A stretch of 64,000 nt of DNA from an uncultured Gammaproteobacteria bacterium (GCA_964502815.1 CAZCXV010000001.1:71907-135906); one strand, 5' to 3'; positions 37,463 through 48,438 are shown, counted from the first letter of the stretch. Notes: a model not told the origin generated them from the letters alone. Made by a program: numbers and translations.

Positions 37463-38534
37463 AGGTCAAATATGTTTGTTTGGCAGTTTTTTCCCAGGAA
37501 AATTGCTTCAATCTCTCTTTTCCTTTGGCTATAAGCTCATTTCTAAGTTTTTTGTCACTTGCTAGCTGCTTAATTTTATCAGCTAAATCCTTATAGTCAT
37601 TTGGATCTGCATATAGGCAGGCTTGTCCTCCTACTTCAACCAAGACTTGAGTTTTACTGGCAACTACCGGTAAATCCATAGAGAAAGCTTCCAACAAAGG
37701 CAAACCAAAGCCTTCATATAAGGATGGCTGACAGTAAAGAGTTGCAAGCTGCATTACCGCGCCTAAATCATTAACTGAAACAAAACCAAGCCTGTAGACC
37801 TCTTTATTGTTTTTTATTGCTTTAAAAATACTCTTGTAGTGAGCTAGTTGGGGGTGAGGCTTATTTAGAACAAATCTAAGGTAGTCCATTGGTCCTTTTA
37901 GAAGTCTTAAGTCTTGACCAAGGTTTTCAATTTCCCTGGCCTGCTTGCCAACAATAACTAGGGAAATATGCGCAAATTTACAAGCTTTTATTAAGTTAGG
38001 GATATTTTTATTGTAATTAATATCTCCTATATAAAGGACAAATTTTTCTGGCAAATTGAATTTCTTCTTAACTTCCTGAAGTTTCTCTGGAGAATGTTTT
38101 TTTAGGCCCTTTTGGGGACCTAAATAAACTACCTCAACCTTATTTGGGTCAACTCCCATAAATCTAACAATATCTTTCTTGGAAGTTTGGGAATCAGTCA
38201 AAATGATTTTTGCGCCTTGGGCTTTTTTCTTTTGAGACATGAATCTTAATTTCCCCTTTAGTCCTGGTGGGTAGTTTTTGGGGTAGATAAGGGGGATTAG
38301 GTCGTGGATAGTTATTACATAATTTACACTTTCAATATTGTTTGGAAAAGTGTTTACAAAGGGATTAAAGTGAGGGATGTGAATTAAGTCATATTTCATA
38401 AGGTCTGCAAAGTCCACATCTATCTCCTCTACCCTTGACCCTAAGGCCGAAATTAAGTTTTTGGTGTAAAAACCTACCCCCCTGATGGCATGGCCAGACT
38501 TTGTTGGTCCTGCATCAATGGCAACTTTCAGCAT
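37443..38534 (-). CDS. GT4 family glycosyltransferase (GT-B)
   Basis: …QPSLYEGFGLPLLEAFSMDLPVVASKT… is an EX7E motif. 363 aa. Confidence 0.6.
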   Translation of the reverse strand: MLKVAIDAGPTKSGHAIRGVGFYTKNLISALGSRVEEIDVDFADLMKYDLIHIPHFNPFVNTFPNNIESVNYVITIHDLIPLIYPKNYPPGLKGKLRFMSQKKKAQGAKIILTDSQTSKKDIVRFMGVDPNKVEVVYLGPQKGLKKHSPEKLQEVKKKFNLPEKFVLYIGDINYNKNIPNLIKACKFAHISLVIVGKQAREIENLGQDLRLLKGPMDYLRFVLNKPHPQLAHYKSIFKAIKNNKEVYRLGFVSVNDLGAVMQLATLYCQPSLYEGFGLPLLEAFSMDLPVVASKTQVLVEVGGQACLYADPNDYKDLADKIKQLASDKKLRNELIAKGKERLKQFSWEKTAKQTYLTYEKASK

Positions 38535-38539
38535 ATTTT

Positions 38540-39223
38540 TTATTTGTCCATCTCCTTGGCGTAATCTGGGGAATAAATTTCAATTTCACCTTGATAGCTA
38601 CCTTCCTTAATAATTTGCACTAACTTACTTGCCACCCATTGGGGAGTTAAGTAAGCCTTACCTTGCAGACTCTCCTTTTCTTTTTGGCTTAAAGTCATTG
38701 GGCCAAATTCTGTCAACACACTACCAAGAGTTATCAAAACAACATGGATATTTGTCCCATCAAACTCTTTTGCTAAAGTTAAAGACATTCCCCGAAGGCC
38801 AAATTTAGATGTACAGTAAGGTAGTCTATCTGCAACTGCAGTTACACCCATACCTGAGCCAAGATTAACCACAACAGCTTCCTTCGACTTAGTTAGTCCT
38901 GGAAGTAAATACTTAGTTGTCAAAAATGGCGCTGTTAAATTAAGTTTTAGCGATATATTCCAATCTTCCAAATTAGTATCCTCTATCGTTTTATATATTC
39001 CAACACCAGCAGCATTAATCAAGCCATCTATGATTGGATACTTAGTTAAGATTTGTTCACAAACTTGAGCAATTTGGCTCGGGTCAGTTAAATCACACTT
39101 AAACTCTGAACTCCTAGATATGGGGATTATAAAGGCACCCTCTTGTTGTAAAACCTTGGCAATTTCACTACCTATTCCTCCAGTCGCCCCCGCCAAAACT
39201 ATTTTCTTGCCTTTAAGGTCCAT
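38540..39223 (-). CDS. SDR-family oxidoreductase (short-chain dehydrogenase/reductase)
   Basis: KKIVLAGATGGIGSEIAKVL (TGxxxGxG). 227 aa. Confidence 0.55.
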   Translation of the reverse strand: MDLKGKKIVLAGATGGIGSEIAKVLQQEGAFIIPISRSSEFKCDLTDPSQIAQVCEQILTKYPIIDGLINAAGVGIYKTIEDTNLEDWNISLKLNLTAPFLTTKYLLPGLTKSKEAVVVNLGSGMGVTAVADRLPYCTSKFGLRGMSLTLAKEFDGTNIHVVLITLGSVLTEFGPMTLSQKEKESLQGKAYLTPQWVASKLVQIIKEGSYQGEIEIYSPDYAKEMDK

Positions 39224-39226
39224 AAA

Positions 39227-40132
39227 TTATTCTCCCCCAATATTATTAGTATAATACTTAAAATAGGCTAGAGGAAAATGCCAAGCAGAGAGAACTGACC
39301 ACAAAAATCCTCTTATGCCATCCTTAAAGCCTGCATGCCTTATATAAAGACTTAAAAAAGTGGTTGTTGACTTTATTAGCATAAAGAAAATTAGATTTCC
39401 TAGATTCTTTTTTAGTTTTTGCTCTTTCCACTGCAAGGCTGTAAAAGAAGTGTATCTATTCGCCCGGTCAAAATACCTTTTTAGGCTTGGTGAATCATAA
39501 TGCAGCAAGTCATGTGTCAACCAACCAACTTCTCCTTTCATCCACATTATTTGTTCATGAACTGACCTAGCTGGAAGTCCTGCCTTGCCGTTTTTAATTA
39601 GCCTAATTACAGCATCAGGGTAAACACCAGCATGAATAAGGGGCTTACCTAAAAACATGTTTCTTCTTGGCACAAAGAACGCTACTATTTCACCCGTCTT
39701 TTGTCCTAATGTTCCATATTTTTCCTCAATAACTTTTTGATGCCTCATAAAAAGCTGCCATTTCTTTTTGTTTTCTTGTTTTTTTGTCTTTATTTGCTGA
39801 TAATCCATACTGATTACCCCAAGTATCTCTTTAGCTAGTTCTGGGCTAACTACTTCATCTGCATCAAGCTGCAAGATCCATTCTCCGTTTGCCTTATCAA
39901 TGGCTATCTGCTTAGTTATATGAAAGTTTTCATGGTGTGGTTCTTCAAATACTTTAGCGCCATAAGTTTTGGCAATCTCTACTGTCTTATCTTCAGAATA
40001 TTCATTAACAACAATTAGCTCGTCAGCAATGTCTTTGACTGCCTCAAGACATCTACCAAGATTTTGCTCTTCGTTTCTAACAGCCAAAACTACCGAAAGT
40101 TTTATTTTTTTAACTTCATTGTCTTTATTCAT
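39227..40132 (-). CDS. GT2 family glycosyltransferase
   Basis: Motifs LSVVLAVRNEEQNL and LQLDADEVV. 301 aa. Confidence 0.55.
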   Translation of the reverse strand: MNKDNEVKKIKLSVVLAVRNEEQNLGRCLEAVKDIADELIVVNEYSEDKTVEIAKTYGAKVFEEPHHENFHITKQIAIDKANGEWILQLDADEVVSPELAKEILGVISMDYQQIKTKKQENKKKWQLFMRHQKVIEEKYGTLGQKTGEIVAFFVPRRNMFLGKPLIHAGVYPDAVIRLIKNGKAGLPARSVHEQIMWMKGEVGWLTHDLLHYDSPSLKRYFDRANRYTSFTALQWKEQKLKKNLGNLIFFMLIKSTTTFLSLYIRHAGFKDGIRGFLWSVLSAWHFPLAYFKYYTNNIGGE

Positions 40133-40137
40133 GTTTT

Positions 40138-41805
40138 TTAATTTACAACTATTTGAAAATACAAATGGCCGTTTGAGCCATAGATATTTTTAACAATATT
40201 TGCTTCATCAGGAATTTCCTCATCAGTGCCAATAATTAAACTATTTGGGTTTTCTGGACGCATTTGGTCAAAATCTATTGAAGTAAACTCATATTTGTCG
40301 AATTTTCTGACAGTTGAAAAACCATAGCCATCTCTAGATGTTAAGCTGTGATCTTTTTGAAATTTCTGGGGAGAATACTTCTGGTAAAAAAGAAAGAGGA
40401 TATATGGTTGGTCATATCTATCGGTAATCATCACTTTATTGTATTTGTCCTGATTTTTAGAAACATAATCAACTAATTCTTCCAAACCATACTGGGAAGA
40501 GAAAGTATATTCTTTGGCTAAGTGAACATAATACATATGAAGGTATCTGGCAAAACTCCATACAAGTATCAATACTAATGCAGCGTAACTTAAACTGAGA
40601 ATTTTTTTATTTTTTAGAACAACTCTCAACCATCTTCCTATACTAAAGAAACCAAAAGCACTAATAATAGTTATCGGAAGAACCATATTTTGTGACCTTA
40701 AGGCATGCGGCGACTGGAAAGTTAAAGCAGCAGCACTCGGAGCAACCAAAAACCAATAAATAACAAATAACCAGCCTTTGGTATTTTTCTTAGCACTAAT
40801 GCTTTTAACAATTGCAGTCAAACCAACTAAGATGAAAACAACTTCAACAAGATACAACTGCCCCGTTTCTGGTACTCTATTTCTCTGTATCTCATCCCCT
40901 GACAAAAACAAAAATTCACCATAATAATGTTGACTCCAATTATAGAAAAAGGCCAAGCCATAATTAACCAACTTATTGTGTGTCAATTTAGCAAATTTGC
41001 TTTGATAGCTGGTGTGTTCTCCCCGCTGTTCTTCTACTCTGGCAATGGGGCCACTATCTGCAAACAAACCAACACCACTAACTCTGGATGTAATTGCCGG
41101 TTTGGTTAAATCCAAGGCCAAAGGTAGCAAAAGAATTATTCCAACAATCACACCAATAACTAATTTCTTAATGTTTGGCCAGATATTTTTGAAGTAAATT
41201 ACAAACAGGCCCAAGCCCAAAAGAGGAACAATTATTCTGGCAGAATGATAGGTATATAAAGAGAGAACAAAGAAAAGGACCGACAGCAGCAAATATTTGA
41301 GATTTAACTTTCTAGACACTGCTTCTAAAAAGAAATACACTCCCGAGGCCATCAGAAAGCAGGCAAAGTTTACTTCCCAGCCACCTCTAGAAAAGTGAAT
41401 ATGCCAAGGAGAAATGGCCAAAAATAAAGCAGACATTAAAGCCAGATTCTCATTATCAAAAAGTCTTTTAACAAGACGGTAAAGCACAAAAACGGTCAGT
41501 ACTCCGGCAAGTGCCCCAGGTATTCTTACCGCCCAAATATTTAAGCCAAAAAGCTTCACAAATGGCATGACTACATAGAAGAAAAACCCCGGCTTGTAGT
41601 CATTAAAAGATTGGAAATGTACTGGCCAAGAGTTGCCGTGCTCATCTTTGCTAGTTTCCAAAAGCGAGTAAACATTGTAGCCAATCGCTACTTCATCGGC
41701 GTTTAAAGCAGGCAAACTGCCTAGACTATAAAACCTCAAGACAAAAGCAAGCATTAAGATACAAATTAAAAGTAGTTTTTGGTTAGCAAATATTTTTTTA
41801 AACAT
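40138..41805 (-). CDS. GT-C glycosyltransferase, PMT/ArnT-like (GT39/GT83, PMT_2 family), paralog 1 of 7
   Basis: Loop-1 DE motif …LNADEVAIGYNVYSLLETSKDE…. Second motif ISPWHIHFSRGGWE. About 11 TM helices and a C-terminal periplasmic domain. 555 aa. Confidence 0.6.
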   Translation of the reverse strand: MFKKIFANQKLLLICILMLAFVLRFYSLGSLPALNADEVAIGYNVYSLLETSKDEHGNSWPVHFQSFNDYKPGFFFYVVMPFVKLFGLNIWAVRIPGALAGVLTVFVLYRLVKRLFDNENLALMSALFLAISPWHIHFSRGGWEVNFACFLMASGVYFFLEAVSRKLNLKYLLLSVLFFVLSLYTYHSARIIVPLLGLGLFVIYFKNIWPNIKKLVIGVIVGIILLLPLALDLTKPAITSRVSGVGLFADSGPIARVEEQRGEHTSYQSKFAKLTHNKLVNYGLAFFYNWSQHYYGEFLFLSGDEIQRNRVPETGQLYLVEVVFILVGLTAIVKSISAKKNTKGWLFVIYWFLVAPSAAALTFQSPHALRSQNMVLPITIISAFGFFSIGRWLRVVLKNKKILSLSYAALVLILVWSFARYLHMYYVHLAKEYTFSSQYGLEELVDYVSKNQDKYNKVMITDRYDQPYILFLFYQKYSPQKFQKDHSLTSRDGYGFSTVRKFDKYEFTSIDFDQMRPENPNSLIIGTDEEIPDEANIVKNIYGSNGHLYFQIVVN

Positions 41806-41813
41806 ATCTTAAG

Positions 41814-43514
41814 TTATTCTTTCACCTCCACTATCTTGAAAGCTGTATCTTTACCATTCAAGTATTTTATCTCTTTTATAAGCTTAAACTCTGTTTGACT
41901 TACAGAGTCTGCATCTGGAATTCTAACAGTATCCCCCACTATCAGATTTCCCTTGTCACCTCTATTTACTGACCAATCAATGGCTCCAAAAACAATATTC
42001 TCAAGTTTTTCCACTTGGCCAACATCCCCTGTTTCACTTTCTATAAGCTTTGAAATTGCCTGATATTTGGCGGGATCATATTTTTGGTAGAAAAGAAAAT
42101 AAATATATGGCTGGGCATAGCTTTGTTGCACCAAAACTTTCTGGTAGTTATTTTGAATAGGTATTACTGTTTCAACAATTTGCTTGTAGCCATATTCCCA
42201 GTATTTAGAATCATGTTTTGGCAAATGGACAAAGTAGGCATCTATAAAGTAAACAAAATTGCCTACATAAAAGAATATTGCAAAAACAAAGACTAAGCTC
42301 CTAAGGACAGGTAACTTTAAGCTTTTAAGTGCATTAAAAATCCAAACCAAACCAAAGCTGTTTATTACTATCATTGGAATCAACATATTGAAAGATCTGA
42401 CTGCATGCACCTGATCCCGCGACAGGGCTGCAGACAAAGGCGCCAGAAGCATCCACAGGAGAATAAATAGTTTTTCCCGACTCATTTTCTCTCTCAAGAA
42501 AAAGATTAAGCCAGAGATCAATAAAAACATGTCGGCAATTAAAAATTCTCCCTGATTAGGTGGAGAATGTCTGGGATTTTGCCAGTCTCCATAGAAAAAT
42601 AAAAATCTGGCTGAAAAATGATTGAAATATCTTCCCAATACCCCTCTTAAAAAGTTATAGCCTTCTGAGTGAAAAAGATAATAGTCTAAACTCCCAATTT
42701 TTTCTCCTCCTTGATGCAAAAATGTCTGGATGTATTCTTGTGGTCTTGGATATGAAAAGACACTAAAAACAGCCAATCTCCCAGTCTTACCTGAAAAAAG
42801 ACTTAGAATAATTGGTAAGGAAACTAAAAATCCAATGAAAACTGGAACGAGTAAGCCTTTGGCTTTTAACTTGAACAAATCTCTCCAATACAAAAGCGTT
42901 AACACTATAATCACAATGCCAGTAGAAAGCTTTGCGCCTTGATAGGTAACAAATGTTAAGGCAAAAAAAGCTGCCGAGAGCATTAGATATTTTTGCTTGT
43001 CTAAACCGGCGAAGAAGAAATAAATACCTGCTAAAGTAAGCGTTAAAGCCAAATTTATTTCCCAAGCACCTCTGGAAAAATGAATATGCCAAGGAGAAAT
43101 GGCCAAAAGCAATCCTACCACCAATGAATAAACATTTTTAGCCTTTTGGTCTTCGTTTGCAAAAAGCTTTCTAACTATTAAATACACTAAATAGACAGCA
43201 ACAATTCCAGAAATGGCACTAGGAAGTCTAACTGCTGTTTCATTTAAGCCAAAAATAACCACAAAAGGAACAGTTGCATAAATATATAGCCCTGGCTTAT
43301 AGTCGCCAAATGACTTAAAAATAATTGGCATGAACTTTCCATATTCATCTTTGCCAGTTTTTAAAATCGAGTAAGCATTATAACCAAGAGAAGCCTCATC
43401 GGGCGTCAGATGTGGAGGAACATTTGCTAAGTTATACAATCTTAAAAAAGATGCCAATAAAATAATTACAACCAGAAGAGTTTTACTGTCCGCAAATTTC
43501 TTAAGTTTAATCAT
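41814..43514 (-). CDS. GT-C glycosyltransferase, PMT/ArnT-like (GT39/GT83), paralog 2 of 7
   Basis: Motifs …LTPDEASLGYNAYSILKTGKDE… and ISPWHIHFSRGAWE. 566 aa. Confidence 0.6.
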   Translation of the reverse strand: MIKLKKFADSKTLLVVIILLASFLRLYNLANVPPHLTPDEASLGYNAYSILKTGKDEYGKFMPIIFKSFGDYKPGLYIYATVPFVVIFGLNETAVRLPSAISGIVAVYLVYLIVRKLFANEDQKAKNVYSLVVGLLLAISPWHIHFSRGAWEINLALTLTLAGIYFFFAGLDKQKYLMLSAAFFALTFVTYQGAKLSTGIVIIVLTLLYWRDLFKLKAKGLLVPVFIGFLVSLPIILSLFSGKTGRLAVFSVFSYPRPQEYIQTFLHQGGEKIGSLDYYLFHSEGYNFLRGVLGRYFNHFSARFLFFYGDWQNPRHSPPNQGEFLIADMFLLISGLIFFLREKMSREKLFILLWMLLAPLSAALSRDQVHAVRSFNMLIPMIVINSFGLVWIFNALKSLKLPVLRSLVFVFAIFFYVGNFVYFIDAYFVHLPKHDSKYWEYGYKQIVETVIPIQNNYQKVLVQQSYAQPYIYFLFYQKYDPAKYQAISKLIESETGDVGQVEKLENIVFGAIDWSVNRGDKGNLIVGDTVRIPDADSVSQTEFKLIKEIKYLNGKDTAFKIVEVKE

Positions 43515-45222
43515 ATTTGTAATTTTTTAGTATTTCAAAAGCCGGCTTGCCATTTAGAAAATTGATTGTTTTAATGTCTATCCAACTGCCCCCGATGTCA
43601 CTTCCAGGTGATGTAATTAATAAACACCTAAGGTGTTCACAGTTTACTTCAACTTTACTCTCGGTAACAAACTTTTGACCAACTTCAGAGCCGATATCCC
43701 AGTCATTTACAAAGTAAAATTTATCAAAACTATCAACCCAATACCAATTGGATTGATAGAAACGATTTAGATTCAAATCAGATCTATATTTAGCAGGATC
43801 CCAAGGCCAGTAAAAAAGAATAAATTCGTGTGGCTCACCATATTTTTTAGTAATAATTATTTTATCGTAATTTTGATAGTTCTCCTTTAAATAAGTAGTC
43901 AGTTCTTTGTATCCATACTGCCATGACCAAGAATAATCATTAGCATAGCTTGTTATGTATTTTGCAGAATAAAGACCCAGGCTAATTAGTAAAATACCTA
44001 AATAAGTAGCTGTAAAAAGTTTAACTTTCAAGTTGTTCCTTTTCACCAAAAAATCTACAATTCCAAAAAAACCAAATGCAGATAAGATCTCTGGAAGAGG
44101 TAGCAGAGCAGAAGATCTCAACACTGCATATCTTTCTTGAGTAATACTAGCTGGAATTGGAGCCAGAAGAAGCCAGATTAGAACTAAACGATAATCTTTA
44201 TTTATTCTTGCTTTCTTAAATAGAATTACTAAACCAAAATAGAAGAAAGGTAAGTTTATAAGATACAAAAGACCATGACCCGGTAAACTAAATTGATACT
44301 GTGTTCCGCCTGTCAAAAACAAAAACTGGGGCGAGAAATAATCCAGATAGTTTTTGCCAAATTCTTTTAAAAAATAGACTGGCCGGTTGTAAATTAGTTT
44401 ACTTACCTCACTCGGCAACTTTGACTGTTGTCTATTCTCGATAATTTTGGCAACTGCGCCTTCATCAATCAAAAAAACCATATTGGATCTAGCCCTAGCG
44501 GTTGGCGAGAAAAGAATAAAAGGCAGTGGAATGAAAAATAGTGCCAATAAAACAATCATTGGAAGTATACCTCTTGCCTTAGTTTTTAACTGGGATAATA
44601 TTTCTTGACGATATGTAAAGATCACAAGAAATAACAGAAGTGGAGAAAATATCCTAGTTGTATGATATGAAAAAAGTGTTAAGCCAAAGCTTAGGGCAGC
44701 CAAAAGTAAAAAGATTCTATTTTTACTTCTCTGTACAAATAAAGCTGCCGCAGTGGTCAAAAAGAAAATTGCCAAGTTTGATTGCAGGACAAATCTTGAT
44801 GTAAACAAAGTCCAGGGGTCAACTGCAACAAGCAAACTTGCGAGAAATCCATACTTTTTTTTCTTAGTTAAGCCTACTGTAAAGAAATAAGTTCCCAAGA
44901 CTGTCCCTACTCCTAAAAGCGCATGTGGGAATCTAATCCCAAACTCGTTTAGGCCAAAAACTACAATTGAGGGAATTGTTAGATATAAATTTAGAGGCAA
45001 AGGATAGTCCCCATACGCACGAAAATTAGTAATAGGTAAAGTTTGTCCCCATTCATCTTTACCCGTTTTTAAAATTGAGTAAGCATTATATCCATGGCTT
45101 ACTTCATCCCAATTCAGGCTTACCGGAAATTTTCCTAAAAAGGTGAATCTCAAGATACCGGCCAAAATAATAATTAAAACTAACAGACTATTGTTGTTAA
45201 TTAAGTTTCTTATATTTTTCAT
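43507..45222 (-). CDS. GT-C glycosyltransferase, PMT/ArnT-like (GT39/GT83), paralog 3 of 7
   Basis: Motifs …LNWDEVSHGYNAYSILKTGKDE… and VDPWTLFTSRF. 571 aa. 8-bp overlap with the upstream paralog. Confidence 0.55.
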   Translation of the reverse strand: MKNIRNLINNNSLLVLIIILAGILRFTFLGKFPVSLNWDEVSHGYNAYSILKTGKDEWGQTLPITNFRAYGDYPLPLNLYLTIPSIVVFGLNEFGIRFPHALLGVGTVLGTYFFTVGLTKKKKYGFLASLLVAVDPWTLFTSRFVLQSNLAIFFLTTAAALFVQRSKNRIFLLLAALSFGLTLFSYHTTRIFSPLLLFLVIFTYRQEILSQLKTKARGILPMIVLLALFFIPLPFILFSPTARARSNMVFLIDEGAVAKIIENRQQSKLPSEVSKLIYNRPVYFLKEFGKNYLDYFSPQFLFLTGGTQYQFSLPGHGLLYLINLPFFYFGLVILFKKARINKDYRLVLIWLLLAPIPASITQERYAVLRSSALLPLPEILSAFGFFGIVDFLVKRNNLKVKLFTATYLGILLISLGLYSAKYITSYANDYSWSWQYGYKELTTYLKENYQNYDKIIITKKYGEPHEFILFYWPWDPAKYRSDLNLNRFYQSNWYWVDSFDKFYFVNDWDIGSEVGQKFVTESKVEVNCEHLRCLLITSPGSDIGGSWIDIKTINFLNGKPAFEILKNYKYD

Positions 45223-46828
45223 TTGTTTTAAACTTTGTATATAAAGCCAAGAAAAGTAAAATTGAGAACAGGCTTAGGTAATTACCAATTTTTCTGTATA
45301 GCGTATCTTCAAATTTTAAAACAATCTCACCTTCTGTTTCTTCGATTTCAATCAATCCATCCCTTGCTGGAGTCGTTTTAAGTTTTTTGCCATTTGAATA
45401 TGCCTGCCAACCTGGAAAGTAGTTGACCGGAAATGCTATTTTTCCGTAAGAATCAGAAACATTGTAAACAATCTCGTTTGATTTTTTGTCAACCAGTGTC
45501 TGGCCGCCAAAACTCTCAGGTGCGATCTTGTTAGGTATGACCGGAGAATATATTGGCCAGTAATCGCCTACCGAAGCGTGTTTTTGTTCTTCCAAGAGTC
45601 CTCCTGATGATAAATCAGTATCTGAATAATTGTGCCAAATATCCGGCCTGAAGTAAGAGGAGTTCAAAACAAAAAGCCCAACCATAATTGCAACCAGACT
45701 TGGAATTGTAAGTTTTCTTGGCAGTACTTTTATAAATACGCCTGATGCTAAACTCAAAGCAAAAACTAAGATACCCAAGAATCGCCATGGGAACTGAATA
45801 AAAGACATTTGGTAGATATAGTCCCAAACGACAATAGATCTATTGTTAATTAGAAAGACAATTACAATACTTATTAGTATTAAAACAACAAAATCTTTGT
45901 ATTCCCAGAGCTTTCTTTTGAAGAATAAGACTATTCCAGTTGCAGCTGGAATAAGCCACTGGAAAAAGCCGATTGAAATATTTAGGTCATCATCTGATCC
46001 AAATAAAGAAGCGCCATAACCCCAATTAACTGAAAAAAGAAGCTGTTTTATGCCTGCAAAATGACCTCTAAAGTTAAAATAGCCTTTAATGGTGTTATCA
46101 AGCGAAACATATTTTGACTCAAAGACAATCGGTAAAACGTAAAAACTCACTATTCCAAGAGACAGTAATCCCGCCAAAAAAATTGCACCTACAGTCTTGA
46201 TCTTTCTATATATAACCAATCTGTAAATCATCCAAATTGTCAAGAAAGGCATAAATAAAACAAATGAGAGATTGTGGTTAAGTATTAGAAATGCCAAAAA
46301 CAAACTAAACAACATTAGATCACTTTTCTTCTTCGCCTTTAGATATTTTTCCAAAAACAAAATAATCAATGGATAGAAAACAAAGCTCAGACTTTCTGGA
46401 AGCGCTCCTCTGACCCAAACATCAACTGCTCTATAGGGCGCATAAAGATATATAGCAGCACTTAAGAATGCCGAATATTTACTACCCCACATTTCACGAG
46501 CCAAAAAATACATCGCTACAGCAGAACCTATTAAAGAAAAAATAAAGAGAAGCTTAAGACTATCAACCAAGGAAAAGCCCAATAAGTGAAAAATTTCCCC
46601 GAAAGCATATGACAATTGACCATAGAAGACAAACAGTGGTTCGCCGTAACCCAGACCTACATCAGGTGACCAACGGCAAGGCAGTTGTAAGTCCTTGACA
46701 CATTTATCAAACTCAAAAAGCCTAAAAAAGTGAAAGTCTTGCATGGAAAATATGCCTGGCTTAAGCATTAAGTAAAACGTTGGAATAGACAAAAGAATAA
46801 TTAGTCCAAAAAATAAAAACTTTTTCAT
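45197..46828 (-). CDS. polytopic membrane protein, GT-C-like (family distinct from the PMT-like paralogs)
   Basis: 543 aa, about 13 TM helices. No DE…LKTGKDE motif. Embedded inside the PMT-like tandem array with 26-bp and 4-bp overlaps. Confidence 0.3.
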   Translation of the reverse strand: MKKFLFFGLIILLSIPTFYLMLKPGIFSMQDFHFFRLFEFDKCVKDLQLPCRWSPDVGLGYGEPLFVFYGQLSYAFGEIFHLLGFSLVDSLKLLFIFSLIGSAVAMYFLAREMWGSKYSAFLSAAIYLYAPYRAVDVWVRGALPESLSFVFYPLIILFLEKYLKAKKKSDLMLFSLFLAFLILNHNLSFVLFMPFLTIWMIYRLVIYRKIKTVGAIFLAGLLSLGIVSFYVLPIVFESKYVSLDNTIKGYFNFRGHFAGIKQLLFSVNWGYGASLFGSDDDLNISIGFFQWLIPAATGIVLFFKRKLWEYKDFVVLILISIVIVFLINNRSIVVWDYIYQMSFIQFPWRFLGILVFALSLASGVFIKVLPRKLTIPSLVAIMVGLFVLNSSYFRPDIWHNYSDTDLSSGGLLEEQKHASVGDYWPIYSPVIPNKIAPESFGGQTLVDKKSNEIVYNVSDSYGKIAFPVNYFPGWQAYSNGKKLKTTPARDGLIEIEETEGEIVLKFEDTLYRKIGNYLSLFSILLFLALYTKFKTNEKYKKLN

Positions 46829-48438
46829 TTTGAAACTATGACAACGGCTGGATCACCATTTGGATAATTAATTGTCTCTAGCGTGGTCACTGTCATACCT
46901 TGAAAATCATCTATCTTGCCAATCAAGTAGGTATCTTCAGCCAAGTCGTCGCCTTCAATATCTTTAAAGGTGTACTTGCCAAGTTTATATTCAGGCATTT
47001 GATCTACCCAATTAACGTCGCTTTCTTTATACCTCCAATCTTTGGAATAGTTTTGATAAACAGCTGGATCAATTCTTTGTGCAAAAGCTGTATATATGTG
47101 CGGCTCGGACAAAGATTTATCAACAATTACCTTATTGCCGTCATTTGGCAGTTTTTCCAGAGCTTCGAGTCGGCCATACAACATAGCTTTTGCAGTTTTA
47201 TGTTGTGATTCAATAAAGTAATCTTCCAAGAAGAATACAACAGAAATAAACATTACTAAGCTAAAGACATAGATTACTAACTTATATTTCTTGAGGAAAG
47301 TGAAAAAATAATAAGCTCCGACTCCCAATAAAATCTCAATAGACGGCATCATAATTGCTGCTCTATTGGCAGAATAGCCCACGCCAGTTGCCAATGAAGT
47401 TGGTATCACAGAGAGAAGCATCCAGAGAACAAGAAATACCAACCACTTTCTTGCGCTTTTGTTGTCATCTTTGGAAAATGCCTTCCCTAAAAACAAAACA
47501 AAGAGAATACTAAACCAATACAACACACCCCTACCTGGAATCATGCCATATGTGGCTTCGTTTGGACCATTAGCAAATAGAAATTGGGGGGATAAATAAG
47601 TGACATAGTTGCCAGCAAACCTTTCCACAAAAACCAAGTATTTATTGTGAAAAATCCTCGACAGTGCATAAACTTGTGTTCCATACAAACTCTTTCTTTG
47701 GTTAAAAGCTTCTTCCAAAGCACCTTGCGTAATGCTTCTTTCAGCAACCCTTGCCCCAGCACCTGCAAAAAAAGTATAAACAGTGAGTAGTATAAAGCCA
47801 GAAAAGGCAATTATTGCAACAAGTATGTCTTTGTTTGGTTTTATTAGATAACCTTTCAATTCTTGCCATTGAAGTACTACCAAAGTTAAAAGAATAAAAG
47901 GTGTAACAACTTTTGCCGAGTGGTAGCTAAACAAATTCAAACCCATAATAATAGCAGCAAGGCTAAATTTCTTGTTTAAGAAAAAAAGTACCCCAAGCGG
48001 CAGAAAGAAGGTTGTTAAATTTGCTTCAAATGCCCCTCTTGAGAGCATGATATGCCATGGAGAAATGGCTAACATTAGGCTTGCAAAAAGAGCGACACCT
48101 TCTTTTTTGAAGAGTTTTTTAGATAGTAAATAGACAACTACTACTGCAAATGATCCCAAAAGTGCATTTGGCAGCCTAACTGCAAATTTAGTCAAGCCAA
48201 AAAGAAAAATAAAAGGAACTGTCAAATAGGTATATAAAGGTGATTTATAGTCTCCGAAAGATTCAAAAACCAAAGGCCAAGATTTTCCCCATTGATCTTT
48301 GCCTGTTTTCAAAAGTGAATAGGCATCGTAGCCAAAAGAAGCCTCGTCAGGTGTAAAGCCAGTTGGGTGAGTTGTCAAGCCAATAATCCTTGCCACCAAG
48401 CCAACTATACATATGCCAATCAAAAGCCACTTGTGCAT
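46825..48438 (-). CDS. GT-C glycosyltransferase, PMT/ArnT-like (GT39/GT83), paralog 4 of 7
   Basis: Motifs …FTPDEASFGYDAYSLLKTGKDQ… and ISPWHIMLSRGAFE. 537 aa. Confidence 0.6.
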   Translation of the reverse strand: MHKWLLIGICIVGLVARIIGLTTHPTGFTPDEASFGYDAYSLLKTGKDQWGKSWPLVFESFGDYKSPLYTYLTVPFIFLFGLTKFAVRLPNALLGSFAVVVVYLLSKKLFKKEGVALFASLMLAISPWHIMLSRGAFEANLTTFFLPLGVLFFLNKKFSLAAIIMGLNLFSYHSAKVVTPFILLTLVVLQWQELKGYLIKPNKDILVAIIAFSGFILLTVYTFFAGAGARVAERSITQGALEEAFNQRKSLYGTQVYALSRIFHNKYLVFVERFAGNYVTYLSPQFLFANGPNEATYGMIPGRGVLYWFSILFVLFLGKAFSKDDNKSARKWLVFLVLWMLLSVIPTSLATGVGYSANRAAIMMPSIEILLGVGAYYFFTFLKKYKLVIYVFSLVMFISVVFFLEDYFIESQHKTAKAMLYGRLEALEKLPNDGNKVIVDKSLSEPHIYTAFAQRIDPAVYQNYSKDWRYKESDVNWVDQMPEYKLGKYTFKDIEGDDLAEDTYLIGKIDDFQGMTVTTLETINYPNGDPAVVIVSK

